A stretch of 64,000 bases of DNA from assembly GCA_009103225.1 (NCBI GenBank), contig RHPI01000797.1, positions 116,572 through 180,571 on the forward strand. Direction: 5' to 3'. Source of the stretch: Chlorokybus atmophyticus. Taxonomy: Eukaryota; Plantae; Mesostigma and Chlorokybus algae. The stretch's first letter is position 1, and the number at the start of each line of letters is the position of its first letter. Shown here one piece after another: positions 27,801-39,299 of the stretch. Position numbers and translations under genes: made by a program. A model generated the notes under the pieces. That model saw only the letters and a list, made by a program, of their open reading frames with translations, made no database searches and was not told the DNA's origin.

Positions 27801-28931
27801 GGAGCGGAGGGAGCAGACGAAGGCAGAGGCGATGGCGATCCTGTGCCGCTACGAGTGGAACAGTGTCTTGTGTGACAACCAGCAAGGAGTCCCTTTCCTT
27901 GACAGGTCTGAGGACTACGCAGACACCCGACTCGCCCCTCACCCAGCAGCCAAGGAAGTAGGAGCTAGGTGGAGAGCTAAGAGGAGAGCTGCAGCGCAAG
28001 CCAAAAGTCAGTGGTGGCCAGCCACAGTAGAATCTGCAGACATATGTACATAGATTACTATGACCATAGCTAGCGGCTTTAAAGCTTGATCATCTTCTAC
28101 ACACAACTATACAACACACATGTGTGCATGCACAAGATTACATGCACAGGCTTGCACGCACAGGATTGCTTGCACACACATGCTTGCACGCACACACATG
28201 CTTGCAAGCACATGCTGGCAGCACAGCAGGTAACAGGCAAAGCACTTGGTTACCTTGCGGCCAGCGCTGTGCACAGAGCCTCCAAGCCCGACGACGCCCA
28301 GGGTCACGCCCACGCCACCAGCGCCTGCGCCGCCCCCAAGCCTACAACATTGCAACACCTAAAGCTGCTTGGCGCCAAGGCTGCGCACACCCTTGGCGCC
28401 ACGAAATGGCTGTAGCCATGCACAGGCCATCAAGAGCCTCAAAGCACTGCCTGCACCGCCCTGCCTATCACTAACAGGCATTTCAACAGCCCTCACCACC
28501 CCTTAAACTCAGGACAGTGCTTGAAGTGCCATCAGCTGGTTGGCTGATGCGTTGACAACTCACGAAATTAGGGCGAAAGTCACTTTTGGGATAAGCCCAA
28601 AAGTGGCCTACTTTGGCGCGCTACTGACAGCGCGTTACTTGACCATAAATGATGAAAAAATAACCATTGTGTAGCTGATATTTTTCTCTACAAGATGTCT
28701 ACATACTTTACCGCTGCCAGATGATCACAGCGCTTGCAAAATGCTTAAAACCCTAAAAACCTACGAAGTTAGGGCGATTTACCCTACATGGCTCTATTTG
28801 ATGTGAGCCAGATATATAATTCAAGCTTATTCAAGCAAAAGTTCGCCTTTCAGCATCACTCCCAGAAGGTAACCACAGCCGTCGCTAGAGGTGTAACCTC
28901 AGAAAGTGTCCCAAGTATGGTCCACTTACCC
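24860..28931. mobile_element. About 380-bp MITE-like element (TIR GGGTAAGTGGACC..ACTTGG), split by the pogo insertion
   Basis: Left TIR gggtaagtggaccgaacttgg at 24860 preceded by TA; right TIR ccaagtatggtccacttaccc at 28911-28931 followed by TT (degenerate TSD). Confidence 0.7.
25098..28784 (+). mobile_element. pogo/Fot1-type (Tc1/mariner superfamily, DDE_1) DNA transposon, 3687 bp, with a pseudogenised intron-containing transposase
   Basis: Perfect 22-bp TIRs GGGTAAATCGCCCTAACTTCGT; TA TSD at 25096-97 and 28785-86; HTH_psq-like LNIPYTTLRDY, CENP-B HTH LTDAEEDDLAAYV, ADEIG, VTLMAVV..G...PPLVIVKG, LLVINGH, LPPHTTHRLQVLDVSCFHPFK; in-frame stops near 26936 and 27371. Confidence 0.92.
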
Positions 28932-29791
28932 TTCTTGACATCTGCATCTTTTATTGGTGCGGTAAAATACAGCTGAGGCTTGATCAATTGATACAACGGG
29001 TCATGTCATGCATGCTGAGGGGGTCATGGTTAATGTCAAGTACTCGCAACTTGCGTAATTGATAACTACATGGATTCAATTCAGTTGGTGTGGTAAAGTA
29101 TAACTGCCACCGGATTAATATAATTTAAGCGGCAGGTCTTGCACATCTTTATGCTTAAACGTCACACTTTTCAAACATTAAAAGCTTGTTACCAACTTAG
29201 CTAAGCCAAGTTGACCGATGTGCAATGAGAAGGCAAGCCCGGTAGTCTGAAGTCGCATGAGTTTTTCTATCATTGGCATCAAATGCTCTGGCCACCAAAC
29301 TTCGAACTCCCTATCAAGTATGTGAATAAAACTCTTTAGGCGTGGGCACGCGAGATACCCGCTAAAATAATCTTATGCAACCATCATGGATCCACATGAA
29401 TTGCATTCATTCTCTACTAGTGGTGAGCCTATCCGTATTTTGTTGTGGGTGTGTGCACGCGTGTGCGGAGCATTATCACGCGGATATTACATCATGTATA
29501 CTTAACTATCTCTTACTCCGAAGCTTACGCATAACGCAAAGCTCTCCTGACCTTATCTCATACAGGATCAAGAATACTTAATGCCAACAGTTTAATCGAT
29601 CTACCACGTAAGCCTCATATATTAATATATGTTCCCAGGTTTTACACAAGCGCATTTATTGGAGAAGTGCGCTCATAAAAGTATAAATAATTCAACTATA
29701 GCGAGTGCTTGTATGATAAGTAGAAACCTCAAGACAGACTTTTACTCACTTATTATGGAGGGAATAAAAGCAATGAGAAAGTTGCGGTAGG

Positions 29792-30260
29792 TGTAACAAG
29801 TGGGCTCCGACCACTAGTAGCAAAAGACACTACCATGAGTGAGGTCTGTCACAATTTATCTCAAATCGTGACATTTCCTCCCCAATTTAACCAATGGGTT
29901 CCTCAATATCCAATGAAGCACTAGCCCACGTCGCCGTGGTCACGGGCGTACCACGACTGGTCCGCCCGCGGCCTTTCGGATCTGGCCATCCTCACCGCGC
30001 GACCTGCCATCGCGGCGCGACCATCCACGCGGGCATAAGTGAAACCGGCTCGGCGCGCAGGTTGCGAACCTGCACCCAGCTTAGGGCAAGCCGCCCCAAA
30101 TGTTTTATGCCCTTGAATCTGCCTCAGTCCCCTACGGGCATTGAACCAAAGACGTCAAGCTCCGTTATCATTGTAACAAGTGGGCTCCGACCATTAGGCT
30201 ATGGTAACAAAAGACGCTACCATGAGTGAGGTCTGTAACAATTAATCCCAAAACGTGACA
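29792..30260 (-). mobile_element. TRIM (terminal-repeat retrotransposon in miniature), 469 bp
   Basis: 82/89-bp direct repeats at 29792-29873 and 30172-30260, both TG...CA; minus-strand PBS TGATAACGGAGCTTGA next to the 5' LTR; PPT GGGGAGGAAA abutting the 3' LTR; flanks GTAGG/GTAAG (degenerate 5-bp TSD); no ORF. Confidence 0.82.
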
Positions 30261-30292
30261 GTAAGGCTGTATGCACAAGCTTTCAAGGTATA

Positions 30293-30294
<2 letters not shown>

Positions 30295-30350
<56 letters not shown>
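30295..30350. repeat. (GT)n microsatellite
   Basis: About 28 uninterrupted GT units. Confidence 0.98.
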
Positions 30351-30359
<9 letters not shown>

Positions 30360-30890
30360 AGATGTAACACACCATACATGTGCATTGCATTCCGTATGAT
30401 ATGGCATATCGTTTTCGCAGCGGTTTATGCTTTACTGTCCATATGTTATGGATATCTGTAGCAAGTGTGGGCAACTCAATCTTGTGCACCGTCACAATTT
30501 GACTGCCAAATTACCTTGACAGTATGTTGCTTGTTGACTACCATTACGATAGTTCAACTCGTATTTGCTTATGCGGCAAGTCACACTCTTTGTCTTGCCT
30601 GGTTATTAATAGTAGCACGACATTTGTAACTGCCCTGACACGTCTCGCATGGAGCGGACATGTATATCAACATTTATATGCACTTGCACTGTGAGTACTT
30701 TGAGGAGCTTTTACATTGGGACTGTTTCGGCTATCTTAACGACAAAAGCCCTTAATAATTAATGAGCGAATGCTGCTCATTATACTGAGAAGTTTACAGT
30801 TAGCTATTATAACATGACCATGTACAAGGGTGCGTTCTTTACCGGTCTGGCTCATTGACACGTCACGTAAGCACAAATCTGCCATATGCC

Positions 30891-31305
30891 GCGACTCGAT
30901 GTCAAGTACTCGCGTCATCTTGCGTAGGGTAAGTGGACCGAACTTGGGAGTCGCCCTAATTTCGGATGGCTGCCCGGCTGCGGTTTCGCTGGTAAACAAC
31001 TGCGCGACGCTTTAGTGGCGCCTCCGTACTGAATCGCTTGAATCGACATCGGAAAGCGCGTACGGCAGTCGTTTCCGCAGGCACTACATAGCCGAAGTTC
31101 GGAAATCATACGGCGAATGCCCGGGTGTGCCGCCCTAAACTTTGGTCGGCCATAGTGGCCAGTAGGGTAAATCGCCCTAACTTCGTGACCTAACCTATCT
31201 TCGAAAAACCTAGTTAACAGGCGCTGTAGGGCGCATCTGTGCTCTGATTGGCTTGAGCCTTATAGGGTTGGTATTAGGCATGTGTAGGGTTCGTTTGAAC
31301 CAAAA
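30891..31305 (+). repeat. Identical 415-bp copy of 24824-25238, ending at a single N
   Basis: Matches at a constant offset of 6067 bp across the MITE and pogo left termini; N at 31306. Confidence 0.9.
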
Positions 31306-33386
31306 NCATATATAGCGGGTTTGTAAAGCAATATATATGCAAATACAGTTTGTACGGAGTCTGTATCATCTCAATGTATATGCATAAAGGCATTTGCTAT
31401 CGGTGGATTGACTGGGATCGGCGTCCACCCCGGCATGGCTGCCATTGCAATCGCTCCGCAATATATATTGGTTGCGTATGCCGCTACATTACACAAGCCA
31501 CCTTCTGCGTGGTCATGCATAGAAAGCCCAATGAGCGTTGCCGGTCCACGTCACGCACCGTCCCCACGCATCTCGTACGCAGCTGCATAACGTGCTGAAA
31601 GTCGTTGCCAAGTGCACCATGCGTCTTTGATGCCAGGTGGTATACATCCGCTGAGTGGTCGCCGTCGCCCGAAGCAATTAGTCGGCGGCCGTTTACCGCA
31701 CGCGGTTATTATGACATCCAATAGCATGCGTGTGAGTATGCTTGTGCAGTGATAGGCAGGGATGACAGTACGTAGCTTAGTGTGACGATGTTGCATACTA
31801 GTGTGTCTACTACAATAGCACTTGGGCAACGTTGCCTGACTCAAACGCAATCAAGTCCAGCCACCACCCACAAGTCTCATCATGTGCAATGGGCATGAAG
31901 TTCAGCTGCCCCCAAATAATGACAAGTTTGCCTCTCGCTTGATGGCAAACACGGAATCTTGCACGGTGTCGCGAGTCGCTGTACGCATGAGGTCCCGGAC
32001 CGTGTGCGACACGCATGCAACAGATGCATCCCCTCCGTAGTGGGCACTAACAACTTCGCGCCACACATGCAATGCGCAACACGTGTCAGCTGCATGTGTT
32101 GTAAACCTAGTAGCGGCCGCAAGTAGTGCGGCAATGACGACCCACATGAAGACTAAAAGCTAGTTTGGGGACATATAAGATTCCATGTATAAGAAAAGTG
32201 GAAGGTTGGGGCATGAAAAATGGTGTGTTGAAAGGTTTGATAATGGTATGCAATTCACAATTTCGATTTTCATGCCACTACCATGCTTATGTGGCTGCCC
32301 CGCATGTTTTCCCTCATGTCCCATGCATTGAAAACTGCTTGAGAAAAATGCATGCTGCAGGGGAAGTTAACTGTCCACCAGCTGCCAGGTTGGTCTTCAT
32401 GTGCCAGACAACCATTGCAAAAAGCAACGGCAATGCCAACTGCCACGACCTGGCCCAACCGTTAACAAATGACATGCACACGCCACTGATGCTTCTCGTA
32501 TGACGCCACTAGGCACAAATGTTGCGAGGCAAAGAGCCAGTGCAGGAGGGCAGCTATAACGCAGGTGCCATTAGCTACCGCCAAGATTGGGCGTCATACT
32601 GGCAGACTTGGCCTTATAGACCTGCAGACATGTCGGGGCCAATGAAAGATTGTGGCAAGCACCCGCACGCGCACATTCAAGCACGCAGCCATGTCATGCA
32701 TGACCAACGGGGTGCGGTAGTTAGGATACAATGAACATTGAGCAAGCTTGATCTACTGTATGAAACAAGTAGTGGTGCCAGCGTTGGTACACACCTGGCT
32801 GCAGAATATGTACAACATTGCGAATGCTGATGCACGGTTGTGCTGAACATGTACAATTCATTCGCCAAGCATCTTTTGCGTGTGTAGAGTAGTGCTTGGA
32901 ACTTGGGTACACATGATGATGGCATGGTGAAGCTGTCCACAGCACGCAAGTACAAGCTGACTGGCCAGTATGTGCGAAATACCCCAACGTCTTTGGTACA
33001 CATCATGGATGCCGCAATTGGCTGCAGGTGAGTATGCTGCTAAACACAGGTCACAAGCAGCGGCAGTTGTGTACGTGCACATGCAGATAAAAACTACATA
33101 GAAGAGGCAACATGCGTCTCATGGCTCATAGCACACACGCTACGAGCAGGCACAAAAAGCTGATGTCACGCAACTGCCATAACCCTATGTTGTAACCCTA
33201 CGACAGCGCTAGCTAGGCTTATATATGGAGACTACACACAACTAGCAGTTGCGAAAGTCAGTAACTAAGCAGCTATGCCCCCAAAGCAACATAAGCTGGC
33301 GCATGCGCTAGCTAGTGGTGCAGGTGAGGCACAGTACTGTACAAACAGCATGCTAATGCAATGCACATGCACATGCAGGGGCTGCT

Positions 33387-35595
33387 CTACGCAACCCTGG
33401 TCCAACCAGTTGATGAGTCTCGAAGAATGCTCATCTGCAAAGGGGAACTGAGCGGAGCCATAGCCGTCACCTCACGTTGCATAAAATTGGGAATACAGGA
33501 CTGCACTGCTTGCTCAATGCCCTCAACAATGGGACTTCGCAACAGCTCTGAAACCTGGAGAACTTCCACCTGAATGAAATTACTAAATGTCAGTACATGT
33601 TGTTAAGCAGACATCATGAAGCGTTACTTCAGCGCAACAACCAAGACACATGTCTACTACACACCTGCATACTCACCATCTCATTGGCCACGGACCCAGC
33701 CGTGTCTACGGTGGAATCAAACGCGAATTTAATGACCCTTCCGGAGTTGTCATCGTTGGTGCGAATTCGAATTCGCAAATGAACAACAGCAGAGTTTGCA
33801 TGGTCTGGCAAGCCAGTGATGCGCACACCCTCATAATTGCGCGGTAGATCAGGGGTTGAAGGAGTGCTGTTGGGTGAAATCTTCTGGCTGTCCATGTGCG
33901 CGAACCCCGCATGGGTCAGGACTCCATTGACATCTCTGAGATCAAGCAGTGATGACTGGCGCTGCTGCGCATGCAACGGGCGTGGAGCAAAGAGGTGCGG
34001 CCGAGGAGGATGACCATCAGCAGCATGTGCCACAGCTTGCGGCGGAGGAGCAGCAGTTCGCAGCTGCCTGTTGCTGGCCTGTGACTGTGGCCTTCTTGGC
34101 ATTTGAGCTAGGTCAGCCAACAGTTCAGGTGCAGTTGCAACCCTGGGAATAGGAGCAGCTCCGCTAATCTTTGATATGGGCTCAGTGCTGTTCACCCGAA
34201 CCACGCATTCACCATGGCCAAGCATCCTGGGGCAGGTTGCGCTCAAAAAGGGATGGGTGAGCAGTTCACCAGCAGAGAGCCTGTCAGAGGGGCGATGCGA
34301 AACGCACAGCTGAATGAAGCTTAGGACAGCAGGATCTGCACCCACACAATCGTTTCAGCACCAGCAAAGAACCAAGGTGCAACATTGTAATCGCCATCAC
34401 CTTTGATGTTGAACAAGCATGCTGGCTTCACGCCACTAGTGACCTTTTTGTAGATCTGCAGGACACAGTTATGGTCAACCAACGTGGTTGCTTTGAAACC
34501 ATAAGTAGGTTGTTGCTCAAGTGCCGAGCAAGACCCAATGTGTGGTGCTACCTGTGCTGGATTTGTGCACTCGCTATAGGGCCGTTCCTGTGTCAGAACT
34601 TCCAACAACAGCATGCCAAATGCATAAATGTCCACTTTCTCATCATACTCCTCATCATACAACTCTGCTGCCATGTACCTGCCAACAGGAACAAAGCATT
34701 AAGATGTGTAGAAATATATAACTAGCGTGAGCCAACTGCACCAACTGATCATGGCCTTACTCTGGAGTTCCCAGGCATGTGTGGGCTGTCCTGGAGTGCT
34801 GTAGAAGGGCAGCAAGACCAAGGTCACCTATTTTGACCTGAAAGCCATAACAAGTATAAGACAGACGTTACTTAAAGGGGACCTTCGCAGCGACTCAGTA
34901 CCTCTCCCAAGTTTCCATTCACAAAAATGTTGTCAAGCTTCAAGTCACGGTGGATGACTGGAGGCTCGTGGCTGTGCAGGTACAGAAGGCCCCGCAATAT
35001 CTGCCGTGTCCATGACTTGACAGCCTTGATGTCCGCCTTGCGATGCTTATTCCGGTACTGGCGCAAAGTCCCGGATGTGAAGATCTCAGTAATGAATATT
35101 ACATGCCCTGCGTGTCACAACAGTCAGCTTGGCTGCGTACCACCCCAACTGGCACCAAACGATGCCATCAAAACTCGCCTTACCAGTATGTGGATCAATC
35201 CAGGAGTCATGCAAGCGCATGACGTTCTTATGGTTCAGCGCTTTCAACAGATCCACCTCATGCATGACATCCCGACTGCCAGTGCTGGAAGTTATGAACT
35301 GCATTTTGCATTCGTTCCAAGCGACCTCCATGCCTTCCACTTCATCAAATGCTTTGTAAACTATTTTGCATGCGCCTTCACCAAGGACCTCAGCATAGCG
35401 CCCGTAGCTGTATTGGAAGACAGGTCACAGGCGGTAAGTAAAATGGCCTTATCACGAGTATGAGTTACTTCACCGACAAGATACACACCGGCCAGATGGA
35501 TCCTTTGCCACAATCGGCGGCTCATCATCATCGTCACTGAAATCGCCATCATGGCTCCAGGCCGCACTGCCTGTTCTAGAATGTGCCCCAGTCAT
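33387..35595 (-). CDS. WNK: With-no-lysine (WNK) Ser/Thr kinase, plant-type, multi-exon
   Basis: [37 protein letters not shown] (Lys in subdomain I); [35 protein letters not shown]; [16 protein letters not shown]; [20 protein letters not shown]; plant-type C-terminal domain [21 protein letters not shown]. 3' end is approximate. Confidence 0.9.
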
Positions 35596-38500
35596 CTTGC
35601 TCACAATGAATGACAGCGTATAGGCAGCAGGCAGGGCGGCCGCCTCAATTAAAAGCCACTGCCACAGTACTAGAAATCAGCTGCTGTGTCCCAAAACGGG
35701 CAACCAACCCCCACATGAGCACAAGCAGACCTGTCAGCGCCTTACCTAATGTACACTGCGCGGCACCAGCAGCTAATCGCTGAACCAGACACTGTATGCC
35801 GTGTCAAACAGCTCTGCAACGCAAAACATTCGCCCATGCCTGCTAACAGGGTGTAAGGCAACAGTGAAGCGCACAGCATGCAGACTTTAGCCTTCAGCCC
35901 AACTGGCTTGACTGATCCAACCACTATGTGTTTATATGCATGACTCAGTGACTGAGTGACTCGCTGTAGCATAGCATGATAACTAGCAATGCACAAACAG
36001 AGTGCAACGCTGGTGCACACGTACACACCGAGTCAAGCGCAAGCAACCAAAACGTCAGCGTCTCAAAGAAAATATGGCGCAGGACCAGCCCATAGTTCAA
36101 CCCATGGCTACCATCTGTTTGATACAGACACCATGCCATGTAAATAGCAAACGAAAGCTTTGTAAGGAACAACATAGCACGGCTGTACGAGCTCAAGCGC
36201 ATGTTGGCACGTTCTTGCTATTTCACCAGAGAAACACAGCTGCCGGCTTGCTTGCTAACCGCAAGCATGGCTTCCTTTGCGTAGAAACAGCCGGAAGGAA
36301 GCTATGCATGCGGCTCAGGAGTTGCCAAGTAGCTGGGTAGGCCCCACTATACAGCACCCTGAACTGCCACAAAGCAAACCTGTTGACGAACAGCGACTCA
36401 CCTGAACGCAAGCAACCCTACGTTGTAACCGACCAGGGCCCAGCCCGGATAGCCGCAGCCTCCTTCAAGCGCCTGACCTTCGCGAACCACCGAACCCCAA
36501 CCAGCTGCAGTCTTGGCAGCTTAGAACCTGTAGACTACGCACCACACCACACAAACAAAACCTACCAACGTGCTGCAACAGCTTCACACACACGTCGCTG
36601 CTGTTCGCCCCAGTCTAGTCGCTGCCGTCGCCGCCCTGCCTGCTCAACCACACCCGCAACCGCACGGTGTAAAGCCGGTTGCAAAGCCGCCGCGATCTGA
36701 GCGGCCGCGGTGTGCAGTACGCAGTGAACTACAAGGTGAATTGACTCAGCTTCACCGCAGTGAGCTAAACAGTTCACTCGAGGCAGAGGAGAGATGTCAA
36801 TCACGCCCAAGCAGGTAGGTCCACCAGTTCCATGGATCGACCAACCAATCAAGCGTGGCGGCTCTGCGCCGGCGGCCGCCATGCGCACCGCAGGAGTTAG
36901 GGTACCCTAACTTGCAGGTTTTAACCCTGGTTTAGAAAGTGGGACCCGGGGTCGTGTCAGACAACGCATCCCAATTCAAACTGAAAGCTGTGTGACTCCC
37001 AGTTGTAAAGGGTAGATTCAAGGATGCTCAATGCAAGCGCCTCATGGCAAAGTAAAACTCTGATGGAAGGCAGTGGCCGAATTGCGCGAAAAGCTGCTGC
37101 ACTGATCAAAAGCATTTGAAACGGCCGTGCAAGGCACGTTGCTTGCATAGATTTGCGTATACTCATATACTAGACTTGCGTGTACTGCACCCGATGAATG
37201 AAGCATTACAGTTGAATTGTTTAACCGTAACAGGGTTAACCTGGCAAGTACGGTGTTATCGTACAGATATGCTCGAGTGGTAAACCCCGTGGACTGAGAC
37301 AAGTTGCAATCCTATCATGACATCAGGGGCTTAAGGTGAAATGGAAGGACCCTAGCATGCAAGAAAACAATTGTGCAAGTATAATAGCAGGCAAACACAT
37401 ACAAGTTACACTACATACATGACAACTTTTCAGTCAACCTTAGCTACCCTAGGCTACAAGGGGGCTACACCAGGGTGTAGAAGGTATAATCTAATGTGCG
37501 TACAACCCGCGCAACACAAGATTTGTAGCAAGTGGGTGTTATTGTATAGATGACTGAGGACATCGAGTAAGAAACAAAGCAAGGGTGGAAACTGGGCCAG
37601 CAATTACCACAAGCATAATAAACAATATGAGCATCGAGCGGCTCTGAAGCCATCCGAAGCCAATTGCAATGCAGCAAGTCCGAGCACGTGCATGGGAGCA
37701 AGGCAGAGCGAATTATGGCTTCACCGCGATGTGCTAGCACAAGAAAGCAAAACACGCAGCGCACCATTGGGACACTACATGATAGGTAGCTCATCATTGG
37801 TGGCTTGACCTTGATTATAATTACATGCATCACTTCCACAAATAACATTGAAAAAAATAGATGTTCGCACACATTATTTATTAAAAAGTCGCGTAAAGCA
37901 AACTCAACTCAATGCTAAAATTTAAAGATGTGTGTGCAAGTAAGCAAGCAAATGCATGGATTAAGTACTAGTGGGGGCCAAGCCACAGCTTACAACTCTA
38001 CAACTTACTCCATAATTAACATTCTAACACTGGACCCTCAGATAGCAATGCAGGGCAGGAGTACGCAGCAAGGCAAGCAGTCACATCTTGCAGAGTATGG
38101 AGTATATGTGTTGCAAGATAAGAGTGGACATATTGCATAATACAGATTGCCATTTGATCATGTAGCTGTGCGATATGTTGAAGCAATTGTAAACCTAAAT
38201 GTCATTTGGAACTCGTGTACACATATATTTATGCGTGACATACCTCAACCCATACAACGAATGAATGACATGCAATGCGGACATGCAGTGCAGACTCTAA
38301 CTGTTGGTAGCCATTTTGTGAGTTCTGAATTGGCAGGCATTTTGCGCGGGGGGACCAAACCCTACATAACTTGAGCGGCCTGCAGTAACCAGTTGCCCGC
38401 AAAGCAACTGGCTCACTGTGGGTTTGCGTGTTTGGGTGGATGGCTGACTGTGGTAAGCTGCAGCAAGCTTGCCAGTGGATGGTGATGTTGTTTATGATGT

Positions 38501-38789
38501 GATGCTACTATTAGAGGCTTAGGCCAGCCCCTTTGTGTTGTACTTTGCTGAACTTGTTTACTACGCACATGTTGCTACTGTTCATGTGATGTACATTCGG
38601 CGTCGGAATCTTGTTGAGTTCGCGTAGGCATGGCTTGCCCCCTTACACCGTGACTTCCATCTCCGATTGCCCTGCACCCACAAAGTATTGCGGCTCATCC
38701 TTTCGTCGGTCATGCACTTTTTGGCACGCACGGCATTGTACTCATCGCAATGTTTAATGTGACTGTGATGTGGGTTTTCAAGCCGCATA

Positions 38790-39240
38790 AATTATGCCAC
38801 GTTTGCCGGTCTTGTCACTGTTTTGGGCAGCTCTCAAGCGCACCGTGCTCAAGTATCATTATCAAGTACGATCTTGGTTGCAGGATAAAATGATAGCGAA
38901 GCTTTTCAAGCTATGCCATACCACAGCGAAACTGAGCCCCGTTTCTACAAATCACGTAGTGTATATTGTTTATCACTTGATTGGCATGCTTAAAGTGTAT
39001 GTGGGTCAAACAAAACACACAGCTTTCGAGCGGTTGCACGGATATTGGCAAGCAATAAATTATGAAAACAACGTGGGTAAATCTCTCTCACCTTTTCACA
39101 AAGTGTTACTCAAGGCGTGGAAGTATTTGGGGTGACGCCACTTGAGCGTTTACAAAGGACGTTTGAAAGAAGATCGGCAGGGGAGTTGTGTGGATTAACG
39201 TGTTCAAACAATTCACTTATAATGTGGAATCGCTACAAAG
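38790..39240 (+). pseudogene. Degenerate GIY-YIG endonuclease fragment
   Basis: VVYIVYHLIGMLKVYVGQTKHTAFERLHGY, then after a stop and frameshift a ..E..WINVFKQFTYNV-like C-terminal motif. Confidence 0.6.
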
Positions 39241-39299
39241 CACAAACGCACTAGAGCAGAGCACTAAGCGTGTGAACATGTAAATGAAACAGCCAGTTT

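Noticed and set aside
29940-30060. Hammerhead or HDV-like ribozyme in the TRIM core
   Set aside because: A stem plus GAAA is present, but the CUGANGA core and stem III/NUH pairing are not; the HDV pseudoknot could not be built
31902-32147. Small ORF with a signal-peptide-like start (MWVVIAALLAAA...)
   Set aside because: No recognisable domain and no supported splice structure
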